A stretch of 64,000 nucleotides of DNA from Lama guanicoe (lineage: Eukaryota): contig MU056029.1 of the NCBI GenBank assembly GCA_013239625.1, positions 744,001-808,000 on the forward strand, in the 5' to 3' direction. A model generated the notes under the pieces. It did not search any database. It was not told the origin of the DNA and saw only the letters and a program-made list of their open reading frames with translations. The position numbers were made by a program, and so were the translations under genes. Position 1 is the stretch's first letter; each line of letters begins with the position of its first letter. Positions 37,078-49,830 of this stretch are shown one piece after another.

Positions 37078-37395
37078 TTTTTTTTTAACTTATACAGTTG
37101 ACTTACAATGTTGTGTTAATTTCTGGTGTACAGCATAGTGATTCAGTTATACATAAATATTATTTTTCAGATTCTTTTCCATTATAAATTATTACAAGGT
37201 ATTGAATATAGTTCACTGTGCTGCACAGTAGGACCTTGTTGTTTATAGATTTTATATATAATAGTTTTTATCTGTTAATCCTGAACTCCTAATTTATCCC
37301 TCCCCAACCCTTTTCCCCTTTGGTAACCGTAAGTTTGTTTTTATCATTTATTAGATATCACAATATCACATAATATTTGTCTTTCTCTCACTGAC
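37078..37395 (-). mobile_element. L1 3' end fragment
   Basis: cagttgacttacaatgttgtgttaatttctggtgtacagcatagtgattcagtt. Confidence 0.9.
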
Positions 37396-37989
37396 TTTTT
37401 AACCATAACTTGAAGCATTAATTCTGGAACTAGAACGATTTCAATTATCCAGATGCAATTTATGGAATTCCGGGAGTTGCCATACTCTGCACTGATTGTT
37501 CCTTTTAACCAATCATTTATGCTTTGTTTCTCCTCTTCTTGAAGCTTTCTGTAGCTGCACAATGTTCCTTTGTGCAGCTCTAACCATCATCAGCCAAAGA
37601 TCTTAAAATAGAACCCAGCTTCAGCACTTTTATCCTCTCCCCTGAAGTGTCATGTGAAGAATTCACTGAATAATTGTTTCAGTGCTTGGCACCGTGTCAC
37701 TAGTGGTTATGAATATGCAACTAAATCTTTGCAAAGAGGCAATTAAAAAAACCTCTCAAATTTCGTACAAAGCACACTCAGTACCTTTTTATTGTATAAA
37801 TGGAATAATATAATGCAAGAGAAAAATAAGGCTATTATTGCGCTGTAATATGTAACAGGTTTATATAGAAGTGTGTATCTCAAAATGTACAGAATTACAT
37901 TTCAGGGCAACGTACATATCAATGACACATTTTTTGCGTAACATATCTGCTGTTTAAAAAATTTTTGAAGTACTGTTTTCTAGCTTTTG

Positions 37990-38121
37990 GTGTTTTCTTG
38001 TTTTATTTATTTTTTAAACATTTTTTATTGAGTTATAGTCATTTTACAATGTTGTGTTAAATTCCAGTGTAGAGCACAATTTTTCAGTTACACATGAACA
38101 TACATATATTTATTGTCACAT
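37990..38121 (-). mobile_element. L1 extreme 3' tail
   Basis: ttttttattgagttatagtcattttacaatgttgtgttaaattccagtgtagagcacaa. Confidence 0.85.
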
Positions 38122-38219
38122 TTTATTTTATTTTATTTTTCTAGTGGAGAGACTGGGGATTGAACCTAAGGCCTTGTACATGCTAAACCCATGCTCTACC
38201 ACCGAGCTACGTATGCCCC
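38122..38219 (-). mobile_element. tRNA-derived SINE (Vic-1-like)
   Basis: ggagagactggggattgaacctaaggccttgtacatgctaaacccatgctctaccaccgagcta. Confidence 0.9.
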
Positions 38220-38837
38220 TGCTTTTTAAAAGTTATGGAAATCTGGAGTGTATTCTTTTATAATTAAGAGAATTAAGTAAATTCTCTCTGTTCATTGAAT
38301 AATCACACTTGAAGGAAAGAAAATGTACTAAAAAGGAAGATAAGAGTTTAAAATCACAGAAGAACTAATACAAAAATGGGAGTAGACACAGAGGGCTCCT
38401 GCTACATGCAAGCAGTTCAATGCCGCTGCTGTGTCTGCTTGTGATGGTAACTCCCTAAGCCGGGCAAACGCACCTGCCTCCATGCATCTCTGTCCTGGGT
38501 GACACAACGATCCTTTCCCCAGACGTGTGAACAAGGAAAGACAGTGTTCTACACCTTATTTCTATTTTTGCCACAGGTATCATGTCCATCTGTGGACCCA
38601 GTGCTATAAAACCAGATTTCAAAGGAGTTCAGTGCAAATCCTCATCTTGCAGGAGGAGCCAGATCCACAAACAAGCCAGATGACTTTCCCAGGTGTCACC
38701 AGACAGTATTTGCAGAGGACGTATGCCACCGGGATTTCCTGTCTTCCAGCATTTCCTTCCCCCACTCTTCAATCATACCCGTCTCTTCCTGGTAAATCTA
38801 ATCCAGGCAATCCCCAGCAGGGGCCGCGTGTCAGGGA

Positions 38838-39295
38838 TGGTGGCTGGTCAAATAATTCTCCCTCCCAAGCTGTCCGTATCCTGGTCCCCTGAGCCTGTGA
38901 CTATGTTACCTGTCAAGGGATTCTGCAGGTGTGGTAAAGTCAGGGATCTTGAGATGAGAAGGTGGTCCTGGGGTCCCAATCTAATCACATGAGTTCCGAA
39001 GAGCAGAGGACTTTTCCCAGCTGGTCAGAGACGTGACAACCGAAACAGAGTTGGAAAGATGCTGTGTTGCTGGCTTTGTAGGTGAAGGGCGTGAGCCCCG
39101 GCATGAGGGCGGCCTCAGGAAACTAGCAAAGAGGGAAATCCACTTCTTTGCCTGAGCTTTAACTGAGACCTTGATCTTAGCCCAGTGAGACCACATTGAA
39201 CTTCTGACCTATAACCTGTGAGACAGTAAGTTTGTCTTGTTTTAAGCCACTGTGTTTGCTGTAATTTCTTATGGCAACAATAGAAAACATATACA
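38838..39295 (+). mobile_element. MLT1 solo LTR
   Basis: cctgtgactatgttacc, gatcttgagatgagaag; ends ttttaagccactgtg...atggcaacaatagaaaacatataca. Confidence 0.9.
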
Positions 39296-39574
39296 GAAGT
39301 TTTCACAGATCCGTAGTGTTCAAGAACCAGTAGAAAGCTGAGGAAACAACAAGGAAAATTTAGAGGGTCGGCTAAAGTTCTAAAACTATTTCCCATATGT
39401 GTGTGAGTGCAAATACACCACTGGTAAGAGGGTGGTTTCGTTGCTTTTTTTGTTCAAACACTTTTACTTGGCAAAATAGAAAGTTTGCAGTCCAATGCTA
39501 ACCCCATATTTCTGTGGACATTGTATTACTGTGTATATTTTAAAAGTTTGCGAAAGAATCTGAAAAGAAAGGAA

Positions 39575-39660
39575 GTGTATGTACGTATGTATATGTATAA
39601 CTGAATCACTTTGCTGGATGCCTGAAACTAACACTGTAAATCAACCACACTTCAATAAAA
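39575..39660 (+). mobile_element. L1 extreme 3' tail
   Basis: tataactgaatcactttgctggatgcctgaaactaacactgtaaatcaaccacacttcaataaaa. Confidence 0.85.
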
Positions 39661-41074
39661 GAGGGTTTTTTTTTAAGTTTGTAACCCTTAGTATCTTCTT
39701 TTAGTCTCTAAGACCCAATATTATGTTTTCAATTTTTGAAAACCTGTGCGGTCACTTGGCAAGCATATGTGAGTTTGCTCAGCCTCGTATGCTCCGCCAG
39801 AAGCTAGGGGACACTCCGTGGTGCCGTCCTCACAGGTCCCTCATGATAGGGACACAGTCGGTAAGTATGCATGCCATTTCTCATTTGTTCGAAAAAATAC
39901 AATAACTCTGGTGATGAGATGTGGAAAACGCCAATAGCGACAGGGCAGTCCGGGGGCAGGAGCAGGGGTGACCTGGCCCAGTGGCCAGAGTCTGCGGGGC
40001 GTGGCCAGCCTGGAGCATCTTCCTCCTTCCCGTCAGCTCTTGCACTGAAAAGTGATGAGACAGTTCCATTAAGTAGAGCAAATGGATGGGGGGGGGGGTG
40101 AAGTAAGTCACCCGGAACATAGACGATAGAACATCGGGTGAGTAACATTTCAGCAGTGTTCAAGACCTTGCCTTTAGTCAAGACGGAAAAGAACACATAT
40201 GTGTCTTGACCTCCATTTCACCCCAAATTGCTTCAGGTCTAAGTGTCTTGACAGCCATTTTTCAGACTATGTCTTAAAAAATGTATATGAACTATGATGT
40301 ATAAACCCACATAAATCCACAAAACCGGCACATATTTTAAGCAAGGTATTATCATTTTGCTACCCATATCAATAGCTAAACTTAGCAAATACCTCTTGAT
40401 CTAGATTTTTTTTTCAGCCTGTCAGTGACCGTAATTATAAAATTTAAGTGATGTCTTGCCTCTCCTGCTCTAGGAATAAAATGAGGGGTTGTGAACCAAG
40501 GCAAATGAATATCATAAACTTATTTTGCAGTTTAGTATCAGTAAAAAGTCATAATATTTTCTATGAAGATTTTAGTTTGTAATGTTTTCTTCCTTCTGGG
40601 AAGTTTAAAAAAAATCAAAGCAGACAAAAAAACTTAATCATTCAATTTACACACAAAGTTGCTGTATCTGAAGAAAAATCAGCAAATTAAAGTCTCCAGT
40701 AGTCCCAGGATTTGTCAGAAGGGCTGGCTGAGACATCATCTGATCAGGAGTGGAGGTCCTTCCCCCAGGAACCATCTGGAGTAAGCCGAGTGATCAGTAA
40801 ATCTGGAGAGAAGTCTGAACAGTCGAGTGAAACGCAGCGTAGATTTCCAAAGGTGATAACAACAACTGTGAAAGATCTCGGAGCTGAATCATGGTGGATG
40901 CCTGCTTCACTCCAGGGATGCTGTTCCTGCTTCTTTCAAAAACTGCCGTTTCTGGAAAATGGTCACTTATGCTTCCCAAATCAGTAGAGAATCTGAGGTT
41001 GTGTGATGTCAGAATAGCCCCACTTTTATGCTTCTTTGTGTTTAATTTCTTGTAGAAGAAACTTGTTTCCTGCA

Positions 41075-42247
41075 AATCCTAGATGTCACTTGTGCTTCTG
41101 ACCAGCTGGTTATAAACTGGAGGTTTCCGTAGCACCCTTCCCAGGGTTGATGATTGTCATAACGGCTCACAAAACTCAGGGAAACATTTACTCACGTTTA
41201 CTGCTTGATTGTAAAGGATATGGCTGAACAGTCAGATGAGTAAGTATGGAGAGTGAAGTCCCACAGGGTTTCGAGCACAGAATCTCCTCTCCACGTGGAG
41301 CTGGGGTGGGTCACCGTCCCAGCAGATGGATGTGCTCACCAACCTGAAGCTCCCGGAATGCTGAAGTTTAGGGATTTTTATGGAGCCTTCATCAGGTAGA
41401 CATGATCAGTTATCAACTCAGTCTCCCTCGTGCTCCCCTCTTCAGAGGATGGGAGGATGGGACAAAGTGTTAGAGCAGGCAGAGAGCTAGATATGAGCAG
41501 GGAAAGTGGGGCACGGGCCAAATGCAGGAAACCCTACATCATGTAAACCACAGGGGTCCCTGGTCAGGCAGCGAAAAGCCAGAGCCTCTGGACTGATAAT
41601 AAATCACATATTTGGGGGTGACCAGTGGCCTAGAGGCCAACAAAGAAAGGTGGGAAAAGGCTGGACTCTCCAGTGTCCAAGTGTAACCTTTTGCTCATTA
41701 TGCCCTCATTTCAGTAAAATAGCCTTGCAGATTAGAAGTATCCATCATGCTCCGACGCCGTGACACTTCCGACCCAGACTCAATAAGGACAAAAATCCCT
41801 CCTCTCCTCGGGAAGGTGGAGCTGGGGTAGAAATCAGGGGATACAACCCCCAAACCCCTCCCTCCCCAATGAATATTCCACCCATTCATTTTTACATTCT
41901 GTGTGGCCAGCTTGCCAAAGAAACATGGGGCAGCTGCTCACCTGAGCCTGCCCGCTCTCCCCTTGAGAGTGTACTGTCTATCCCTTCATAAATCTTCCTT
42001 TTAATTTCTTGAATTCTTTCTACTACGAGTCAAGAGCCTACTCTCTGGCAACAAAGTTCCAGGCTTCTAACCATAGCTTGGTCTTTCTGGTGACCAGCCC
42101 CCATCCTGAAGGTGTCCAGGAACCCACCAAGAATCTCCTCATTAGAACAACAGACACTCCCATCACCCAGGAAATTCCAAGATATTTCGGCATTCTGTGT
42201 CAGGAACTGGGGACAGAGACCACATACTTATTTCTTACCATGTCACA
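41075..42247 (-). mobile_element. MER21-like LTR interrupted by a younger LTR
   Basis: gtcacttgtgcttctgacc, ggctcacaaaactcagggaaacatttact; resumes aagttccaggcttctaaccatagcttggtctttctggtgaccagcccccatcctgaag. Confidence 0.85.
41468..42053 (+). mobile_element. ERV-type solo LTR, copy B1
   Basis: TGTT...AACA termini, 586 bp; flanked by (A)AAG; homologous to the inverted copy at 57476-58135. Confidence 0.9.
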
Positions 42248-42889
42248 AGTTGTATTTAACTTCTTTCACATTGTTTTGCTTTCATGACGGTATACAGTGA
42301 TATTAAAAATAAGGATCCTTCTTCTCCTACTCTTGCAGCAGTGAGAAGTAATCTTTTCCTTTTACGCTGCCTGGGGCATGCCTTGGCAGGCTATCAGGAG
42401 ACAAGAGGAGATGCAAGAACAAACCAGAGAAGCCTGCTTTCTAATCAGTTGCAAACTCCTGACTTCACGTTTCATGCCTCACTCTCACTCTGCGGCGCTG
42501 TATAATGACTCCTGATGCCTGCTTCCTGTGCTTTGACATGAGTTTCCATGGAATAGATTTATACACAGAAAAGCCCAAAGAATTGACAGCCAACCTGATG
42601 CCTAATGGCCTGGCCGGCTCACTCTAACAGAAATTCCATCTCTCTCCCAAGGGGGCGCTCCTGTGCAAGAAGTCCCCTCTGACTCCATCCAGCCTGCGCT
42701 GGGCCAAGCCTTACGCCACCTGGATCTTTCCTGTTTAATTGGGTATGGGTGAGCTTTGGGAGGTAACATACCAGGAACATAAACTCATCCTGGACAGAAG
42801 CTTTGATTCCCTTGGGTGAAAATTGCTGCTCACTTCCTAGGTGTTATTCTTTTGAAAACTAATTCAGTGCTGAGTTTATAAGAGCTTTC

Positions 42890-43288
42890 TTTTTATTATT
42901 ATTATTATCATTATGCTTTAATTGAACTATAGCTGACTTACAATGTTCTATTCGTTTCTGGTGTACAGCAGAGTGATTCAAGTATATATGTACGTATCTC
43001 TGAATCATTTTATATATATGTATACATTCTTTTTCAGATTATTTTCCATTCTAGGTTATTACAAGATATTAAGAATAGTTTCCCAAGCTTTATGTAGAGC
43101 CTTGTTGTTTACGTATTTTATATACAGTGGTGTGCATCTGTGCATCTCAAACTCCTGCTTTCTCTTCCCCCACTCCCCTTCCCCACTTTGGTAACCTTAT
43201 GATTGTTTTCTATGTCTGTGAGTCTATTTCTGCTTTATAAATAAGTTCATTTGTATCATTTTGTTTAGATTCCACATATATGTGATAA
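42890..43288 (-). mobile_element. L1 3' end fragment
   Basis: L1 3' UTR motifs; ataagag(c/g)ttt on both sides is a candidate TSD. Confidence 0.9.
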
Positions 43289-45094
43289 GAGGTTTTAATA
43301 AATGATAACTGTCTCTCTTCTAAAAGCCAAACAATCACTTAGTATGGTAGAGCAAATATTTTTGTATTGTCCTGAGAAACAACTGCGTCAGGAAAATAAG
43401 AGCTTTCTTCCTGTAAAATCAGCACAATTTATTTTTAATTTTTGAAAGTATACCCAGTACTGCATTTGCTTAGTTACATCTTGAACATTGCCAAAAATCA
43501 CCAGTGTATCCATGCTGCATGTTTCATTTCACTAGTTAGAAAGGAAAAATTTCCACCTTCCTATAAAGATGCACTTTTTTCTTTACCTTTATGTGGGATT
43601 TTGTTGGAAAAAAAATCTCAATTCAAAGAACCTTGTTTTTGAGCAACTACTGGGTGAAAGGACCTTGTGTGTGGTTTAGAATGTAGAGGATGCCGTCTCT
43701 GTCCGTAAGTTGCAGGTACTTTGGAACAGGTGATGATCATGTTAGATCTGTTAGACTAACAGAGGCTAAGCCCTGATGCATTGAGGTAATAAACATCCTT
43801 CACATCTAGTTGCTTGAAATAGCAAAAGTTTATACCTTGCAAATGCTGCCCATCCATCACTGGCTGGTGGGAACACAGGTGTTCACGAGCCCTCCAGGTG
43901 ACCGAGAAGCCACCACGTCAAGTATGGCTCCATGCTGTCCACAGAATCCCAGGGTGACCTTGTACTGGCTGCCTGATCTCCAACAGCCCAGGAAAGAGCA
44001 ATCCTCATCCTGGGCCCAGGAAGCAGAAAGCTGGGAATATTTGAGGACCTGCACCAGTGGCCCCTCATGTTTCAGGCAGAGTGGAATGAGCAGCCTGTGG
44101 AGTGAGTGACCGGTGAGACTGGCGGTCCATGTGGCGGCGGGGCGACACAAGTGCCACGGAGGAGATGCATCTCAGGTGAGTCCTTGGAGGAGAAGACTGG
44201 GGCGGGGGCGCTGGCGGTACTCCAGGTGGAGAACAGCCAGAAAAGAGACACAGATTATAGGATGGGAGACGTGTGTTTGAGAGTAATTAGCACTTGAAGG
44301 GTATTTGATCCATCACACAAATGAGATTTGTCAAGATATCTTAGAATGAAAGGGTAAAGCTCAAGAAAGCAGAGAAGGAAGCATTTGGGTAGAAGAAAAC
44401 TCTATGTAAGATCAGGCATTGGTGCCCGGCCTCTTACGGGTAATGGAGTAACCCCTTGTCGGACTGGGTCCCTCCCGTCCGGTAGACAAAAGCGAGCATC
44501 AGCGCCCTCTGGGGGCGCACTGTTGTCCACAGCACCTCCTTGGTCAGGAAGAACCACTCTCAGTGTGGCCGCCCTGCGCGCATGGCAGGCTCCACCAGCT
44601 TCCACACTTACCAGGCTGCATTGCCTACAGTGTGGCTTTCATAAGAGCCCAACAGGAAATAAGAACCTTATGAGAAGACAACCAGGCTTGTGGCCTTTGA
44701 GGCCGGACTTCATAATGAAGGTCACTATTACAAAGGGAAAGTCCTCTAAACTTAAAAGCAGGCAGTGCTGGAGAGCTCTGCTGTGCTCATCTATATTGAG
44801 GCGATGGATTAAAATGTCCCTCCCTAACTTCTTGCTGCTTTGAGAAACACTCGGGTCACAGTAGGACCACGATCAGAAACACGATTCAGCATAATCCATT
44901 TTCCCATGGACACTTGTCAAAGCCCATGGATATAATGTGAGAGGCTAACTGCTCTCCTGATAGTAACTCCATTTTAAAAGACCAAAAGGGGGGAAAAAGT
45001 TAACTCTCTGGATTCCCTAAAATGATCATTTTAATGATGCCATACCATTTTGTAAGGTTTATTCATAAGACTTGGTGAGCAAATAACTTTGTAC

Positions 45095-45670
45095 TTCAGT
45101 TACCCAGAGTGGGGAACAGTCACACCTAACACAGCTTGTGGAGCCAGCCAGGGCTCTTTGGAGTCCTGGAACCCCGATCCCGGGCTCTCTGTGTGCCTGG
45201 AGCCTACGGACACCTTAACCCCCACTCCCCACCACAGGACCCTTTGCATACCTGCATTTTTGCAAGATAAAAAAATCTTCTCTTGATATGCTTTTGCCCT
45301 AACAAAACCCACCACCCCAGGAGATAGCCTGCTCATAATCCCCTAGGCAGACAGGCCTCACATCCTGCCTGCATCAGAGTCTTAAATCCCATTACTCAGA
45401 GAAGCCCCTGACAGACCTCACAACCAGTCAGGGCCCTGTGCGTGGACTGACCATTCAGGGGAGCAGCCCCTACCCCTTGTGTGCACAGCCCCCTTCCCCC
45501 AGTAGAAGACCCTGCATGCTGAGCCCCAGTGCTCACACAGGCACCTCCCCGCTGTGTGGCCGGCTGTTGCCTGCAGCAAGGCATCTATTAAACTGTCCCT
45601 TCGTTCTTAACTCCTCGTGGTCTTTGGTAAATTCTTTTACCGCCCACGCACTGGCCCACTTTGGTCTCTT
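45095..45670 (+). mobile_element. MER74/MER73-like ERVL LTR
   Basis: ctattaaactgtcc...ggtaaattcttttaccgcccacgcactggccc resembles the MER74 3' end; 5' boundary uncertain. Confidence 0.6.
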
Positions 45671-46789
45671 GTTTACCAGGAGGAACAATGGGCACAGGCC
45701 GGGAAAAGCAGGTCCTAGGATGGAGTTTCATTGCTCCAAGTCACAAGGTGGTAGAAAGGTATCCACTCCATAGAGACACATCTCATCACCATCTGCTGTG
45801 TTCCAGGCACTGGGTGGATGGTGAAGTTAAAGATATGTCAAAGATGAAGAAGAAATACTATCGCTGCCCTTAGAAAACTTAAGCTGAATGCAAAGAGGGA
45901 TTAGAAAGTGCAGGAGATGCGAGGAGTGAAACTAGTGGGTGATAAACTAGGTACGAAGGGATGAGAGCCTTTTGGATGGGGAGGCCTGGGAAGACTCTAA
46001 GCCAAGACCTCAGTAGCCAGTCCAGGGCAGAGGTGGGAGAGGTGGGAGGGAAGAGAAAACCCAGCCAGGGCCAAGGGAGCGGTGGTCGCAAAGACCTCTT
46101 CTGGAAAACACAAACCAAAGAGCGTGTAACCGAAGGAATAAGTTCTGCGGAGCTTGGAGAATGGAGAAGAAGCAGGATGCTGAAACCCTGCAGAGAGGTG
46201 GCTGCATGCCGCCCTGAGAGGGGAGACAGGTGGGAAGGGCCGTCTGGAGTGAAGCCAGACCCCTGTGGGAGGTGCTGCCGGATGCTCTGGGAAGGGGCCC
46301 TTGACTAGGCACCTTGACGCTGGTTCTGGAAGCATCGGAATGGCTAGAGGCTGGCTCGACTGCTGCAGACGTGGGAAGGGCCTTATCCAGGCATCACTGA
46401 TTGGACCAGAAAGCAGGGGGAGCCACAGACCCCAGCCCAAGTTCCCTCCACCCAGCACCCAGTGATCAGCCTCCGGGAGCAGTTGGCGGATGGGTGACCT
46501 GAGGTTCCAGGTCACCAAGGAGGGCACTGTCAGGGGCTGGAGCGGGGCTGGTGGACAGCCACTTACTGACGGGCTGGTTGGACTGGAGGTGCGCTGCTGT
46601 AGAGAACAGGAGAGACATGTGATGGGACAAGAGGTGAGACAGATGCATAAGCCCTCACAGCCTCCACCAGGAGTTTGTGTTGAATTTCAGGGACCGGAGG
46701 AACTTGTTGGGGGCCTTTGGGATGAGAAACACAGGTGGTAACCTTGGTGATGGCGACCTCAGCTGTCACAGCGCTGTCTTTGTGAGCTC

Positions 46790-46930
46790 GCCGCATGCTG
46801 GCCCCCACTCTCAGTGCTCTGCCTCCAGTTCCCATAACAACCCTGTGAGGCAGGACCTCATAGCCCCATTCTACAGAGAGAACCGAGCCACAGAGAGGTT
46901 GAGCAATTTGCTCAGCGGCAATTTGCTAGG
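46790..46930 (-). mobile_element. MIR fragment
   Basis: cataacaaccctgtgagg...ccccattctacagagagaaccgagccacagagaggttgagcaatttgctca. Confidence 0.8.
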
Positions 46931-47452
46931 AAGTAATTTGCTTAAAAGCTTGGCAGCAATTCAAGGTCCTGATTAACTTGGGGAGGGGGAGCGTCACCAT
47001 GCAGGGAGTCTAGAATCAGGCCAGCAAGACATCCAGAGCTTAGTCCCTGCACTGGGGAGGTCCTTTCATGCTGAGGGGCAGCCGTGACCACTTCTTGCAC
47101 CTGAAGAAACCAAGCCCAACTTACAGATGCGACCCAGGGAGACATGCTCCAAGCGCAGAAGGCTATCTGGTTTTATGCCCACCCCTCCTTCCACCTAAAG
47201 AAACAATCACAAGCTCAGGTGGTCTCTACATCCTCCAGAGACCTGCCCTTAGGGCCACAGGAGCCGAGAGGGGCCCCCGATGCGCTCTGCCCTACTTGGG
47301 GCAAAGAAAGCATAACCCAAGATTTAGGTCTCAAAGGAAGACTAGAACTAACATCAGAATGAATCTCATTGGTCTAAGGATGGATCATAAGGCTTTGGGA
47401 TCACTAGCCCTCCCTGGAGTTAACTGGACGTAAGCTGGGCACGTGCCTCTAA

Positions 47453-47472
47453 CTGTGTGTGTGTGTGTGTGT
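47453..47472. repeat. (TG)n microsatellite
   Basis: Seen directly. Confidence 0.9.
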
Positions 47473-48204
47473 TACATCTACCGGAGGCTGGCCCTAACCA
47501 TTCAGGGGGAGCCAAGGAGACTGAGGCTGGGCAGTGGAGTTTTAAAACTTTATAAACTAGATTATGATTGCATTATCTACTATTTCTGGACTGACCTGCT
47601 GAGGAAATGAAACAAAAAAATAATATTTGCAACCTTGCAAAAAATATTGTATTTTCTCGGGAGAATTTTGGTCTAATGCTGTAATGAGACCCAGAGTCAT
47701 TGGGAAGTTTTGATTACATCTGATGAGCATCCAAGCTGGACTTACAAGTCCTTAGCAGTTTGCTTGGTCCTAATTAAAAACATAATTCTTGAACAGTCAG
47801 TCACAGCAACACGTTTTTCTGTTAACTCAACACATTCCACAGGACTTAGAGGGAAAAAAAAGAACTCAAATGTTTGCGTTTATTGACTCACTTGAGGATC
47901 GCGCATTCAGAGTTCGCTAAGTAGTGATAAAATATATTTGGAAAATGTAACTGCCTGCTATTTTGATCACCAACCAGCAACATTTCTGATTATACTAAGT
48001 AAACTCTATTTTTCAGTAATTAAGTACGTATCTTTTTATAATTTAATATTTGGCATAAAAATGAAGGGGGGAAATGAGAATGTCTTTAACCAAATAAATA
48101 TTTTGTCTTCTAGGATCAGATAATATAGGTAAATGTTAGAGTTAGTGTGTTATCCTTCATATGACTTAAATTGCAGACCTGATGTTTAAAAGGACCTAAA
48201 GTTC

Positions 48205-49200
48205 TGCTTCAATTCAGAGACACAGAGAGCTGGAAGGAGCATTGCTTTCAGCCATGCAACAAAAGAAAGCTCAGAAAACCTCAAATTCATGACTTTTTGG
48301 ACCCTATTAGAAAGACAAGGTCACAGAATAAATCAAGTAGCACAAATGCTAAGGAGGGACAGAAGCCAGCAGGGAGAGACGGTCTTAAGTATTTACTTAC
48401 CCGAGAGAGACATCACCAAACACCAGTGCGGGTCCAGGCAGGGGAGGGAAGCAAGATTTTATAACGAATTTCTGAAGGCTGTGCCTATGGGCTCAGTAAG
48501 AATGTGTGAGGTCCCTGAGGGCTGCAGCCCGGGGAGTTCTAATCTTTTGGAGGCTCTTGCTCTGGGAATCCACCCAGTGCCACAGGGGAGATGCGGGGAG
48601 GGAGGGGCTGAGAAAGCGCAGGGTGACAGTGGCTGGGAGTGGGCAGAGTGTAGGCACCTAAGATCTCCTTTGGCGTCTCACTGCAGTTGAGAGAGGGGCA
48701 GACTCACTGAGATCCAGCTCCCTTAAGTCACAAAAGCTCTAAAATCTGCAGGGTGAGGACACCCAAACCACAAAGGGCACTGATGGACACCGTTGGAAAC
48801 TGTGCTGCGGGAGGGGGCAGAGGTAAAAGAGAGGCTCAGCTGATAGCCTTATGGGAGTCCCCTTGTATGTTATTTGTTGTTTTCTCTTACAAATTTGAAT
48901 ATTGTCCCTGGGGAAGAGGCATGAATCTGAGTGAAGAGAAGATGGCATCACGTCTGGAGATGGGGCAGGCGCACCTGGAAGTCCAGACTTCCAAGGTTAG
49001 GTTCACAGAAGTGGCAGTGGTGCACTGTAATAAACACCACCGCCACGAACTTCAAGCCCAGAACAGCTCCCAAAGAGACAAGCACAACAGCCCACACTAG
49101 GGACCTGGCGAAGGAAAAGACTTGCTGATTCCCACGCCTAAAATGTGTGTACCCCGGTATCTACTGTCCTGTGTGAAACACCAACCTTCAATACAAATTA
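48205..49200 (+). mobile_element. Old L1M 5' UTR-like region
   Basis: agagctggaaggagcattgc...aaagaaagctcagaaaacctcaaattcatgactttt...aggtcacag resembles L1M 5' ends; low certainty. Confidence 0.55.
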
Positions 49201-49211
49201 CACACACACAT

Positions 49212-49830
49212 TTTGTGGGAATTGGATGGATTGGTGCAGCCACCATAAGAAATAATAGAGAAGTTCCTCAAAAAATTAAAAACAGAACTACTGTATGATC
49301 CAGCAATCCCATTTCTGGGCATTTATCCTAAAGAATTGAAATCAGAATCTCAAAGAGATGTTAGCCCTTGTGTGTTAATTGTAGCATTATTCACAATAGC
49401 CAAGATATGGAAATCACTCAAGTGCCCATCAATGAATCAATGGATGAAGAAAATGTGACATACACATGCAATGGAATATGATTCAATCCTAAAAAAAAAA
49501 AAGGTAAAACTCACAGCAACATGAAAGAATCTTGAGGGCATTACAGTAAGTGAGATAGCCAATCACAGACAGACACCGCGTGGTTCTACTGATGTGAGGA
49601 TCTGAAATAGTCAAATTCATAAAATCAAATTGTGGGACGGTGGTTGCCAGAGGCTGAAAGGAGGGATAAAGGAGAGTTACTAATTAAAAGGCATAGAGAT
49701 CCGCTGTACACTCTGTACCAGTAGTCAACGCAGATGCATTGTGCACTTGAAATTTTATTAACAGGATAGATATGTTGCATGTTCTTTCCAAAATAAAAAA
49801 TAAAATAAAATAAATAAAATTGAAAGAAAG
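49212..49830 (+). mobile_element. L1MA-like 3' end
   Basis: ttcctcaaaaaattaaaaacagaactactgtatgatccagcaatccc, attattcacaatagccaagatatgg, A-rich tail. Confidence 0.92.

Noticed and set aside
40712..41075. 91-aa and 93-aa ORFs in unique sequence
   Set aside because: Non-ATG starts, no recognisable homology, no convincing splice boundaries
44385..47433. Cluster of longer ORFs (up to 176 aa)
   Set aside because: GC-rich, overlapping on both strands, partly LTR/MIR-derived, with no protein family recognised
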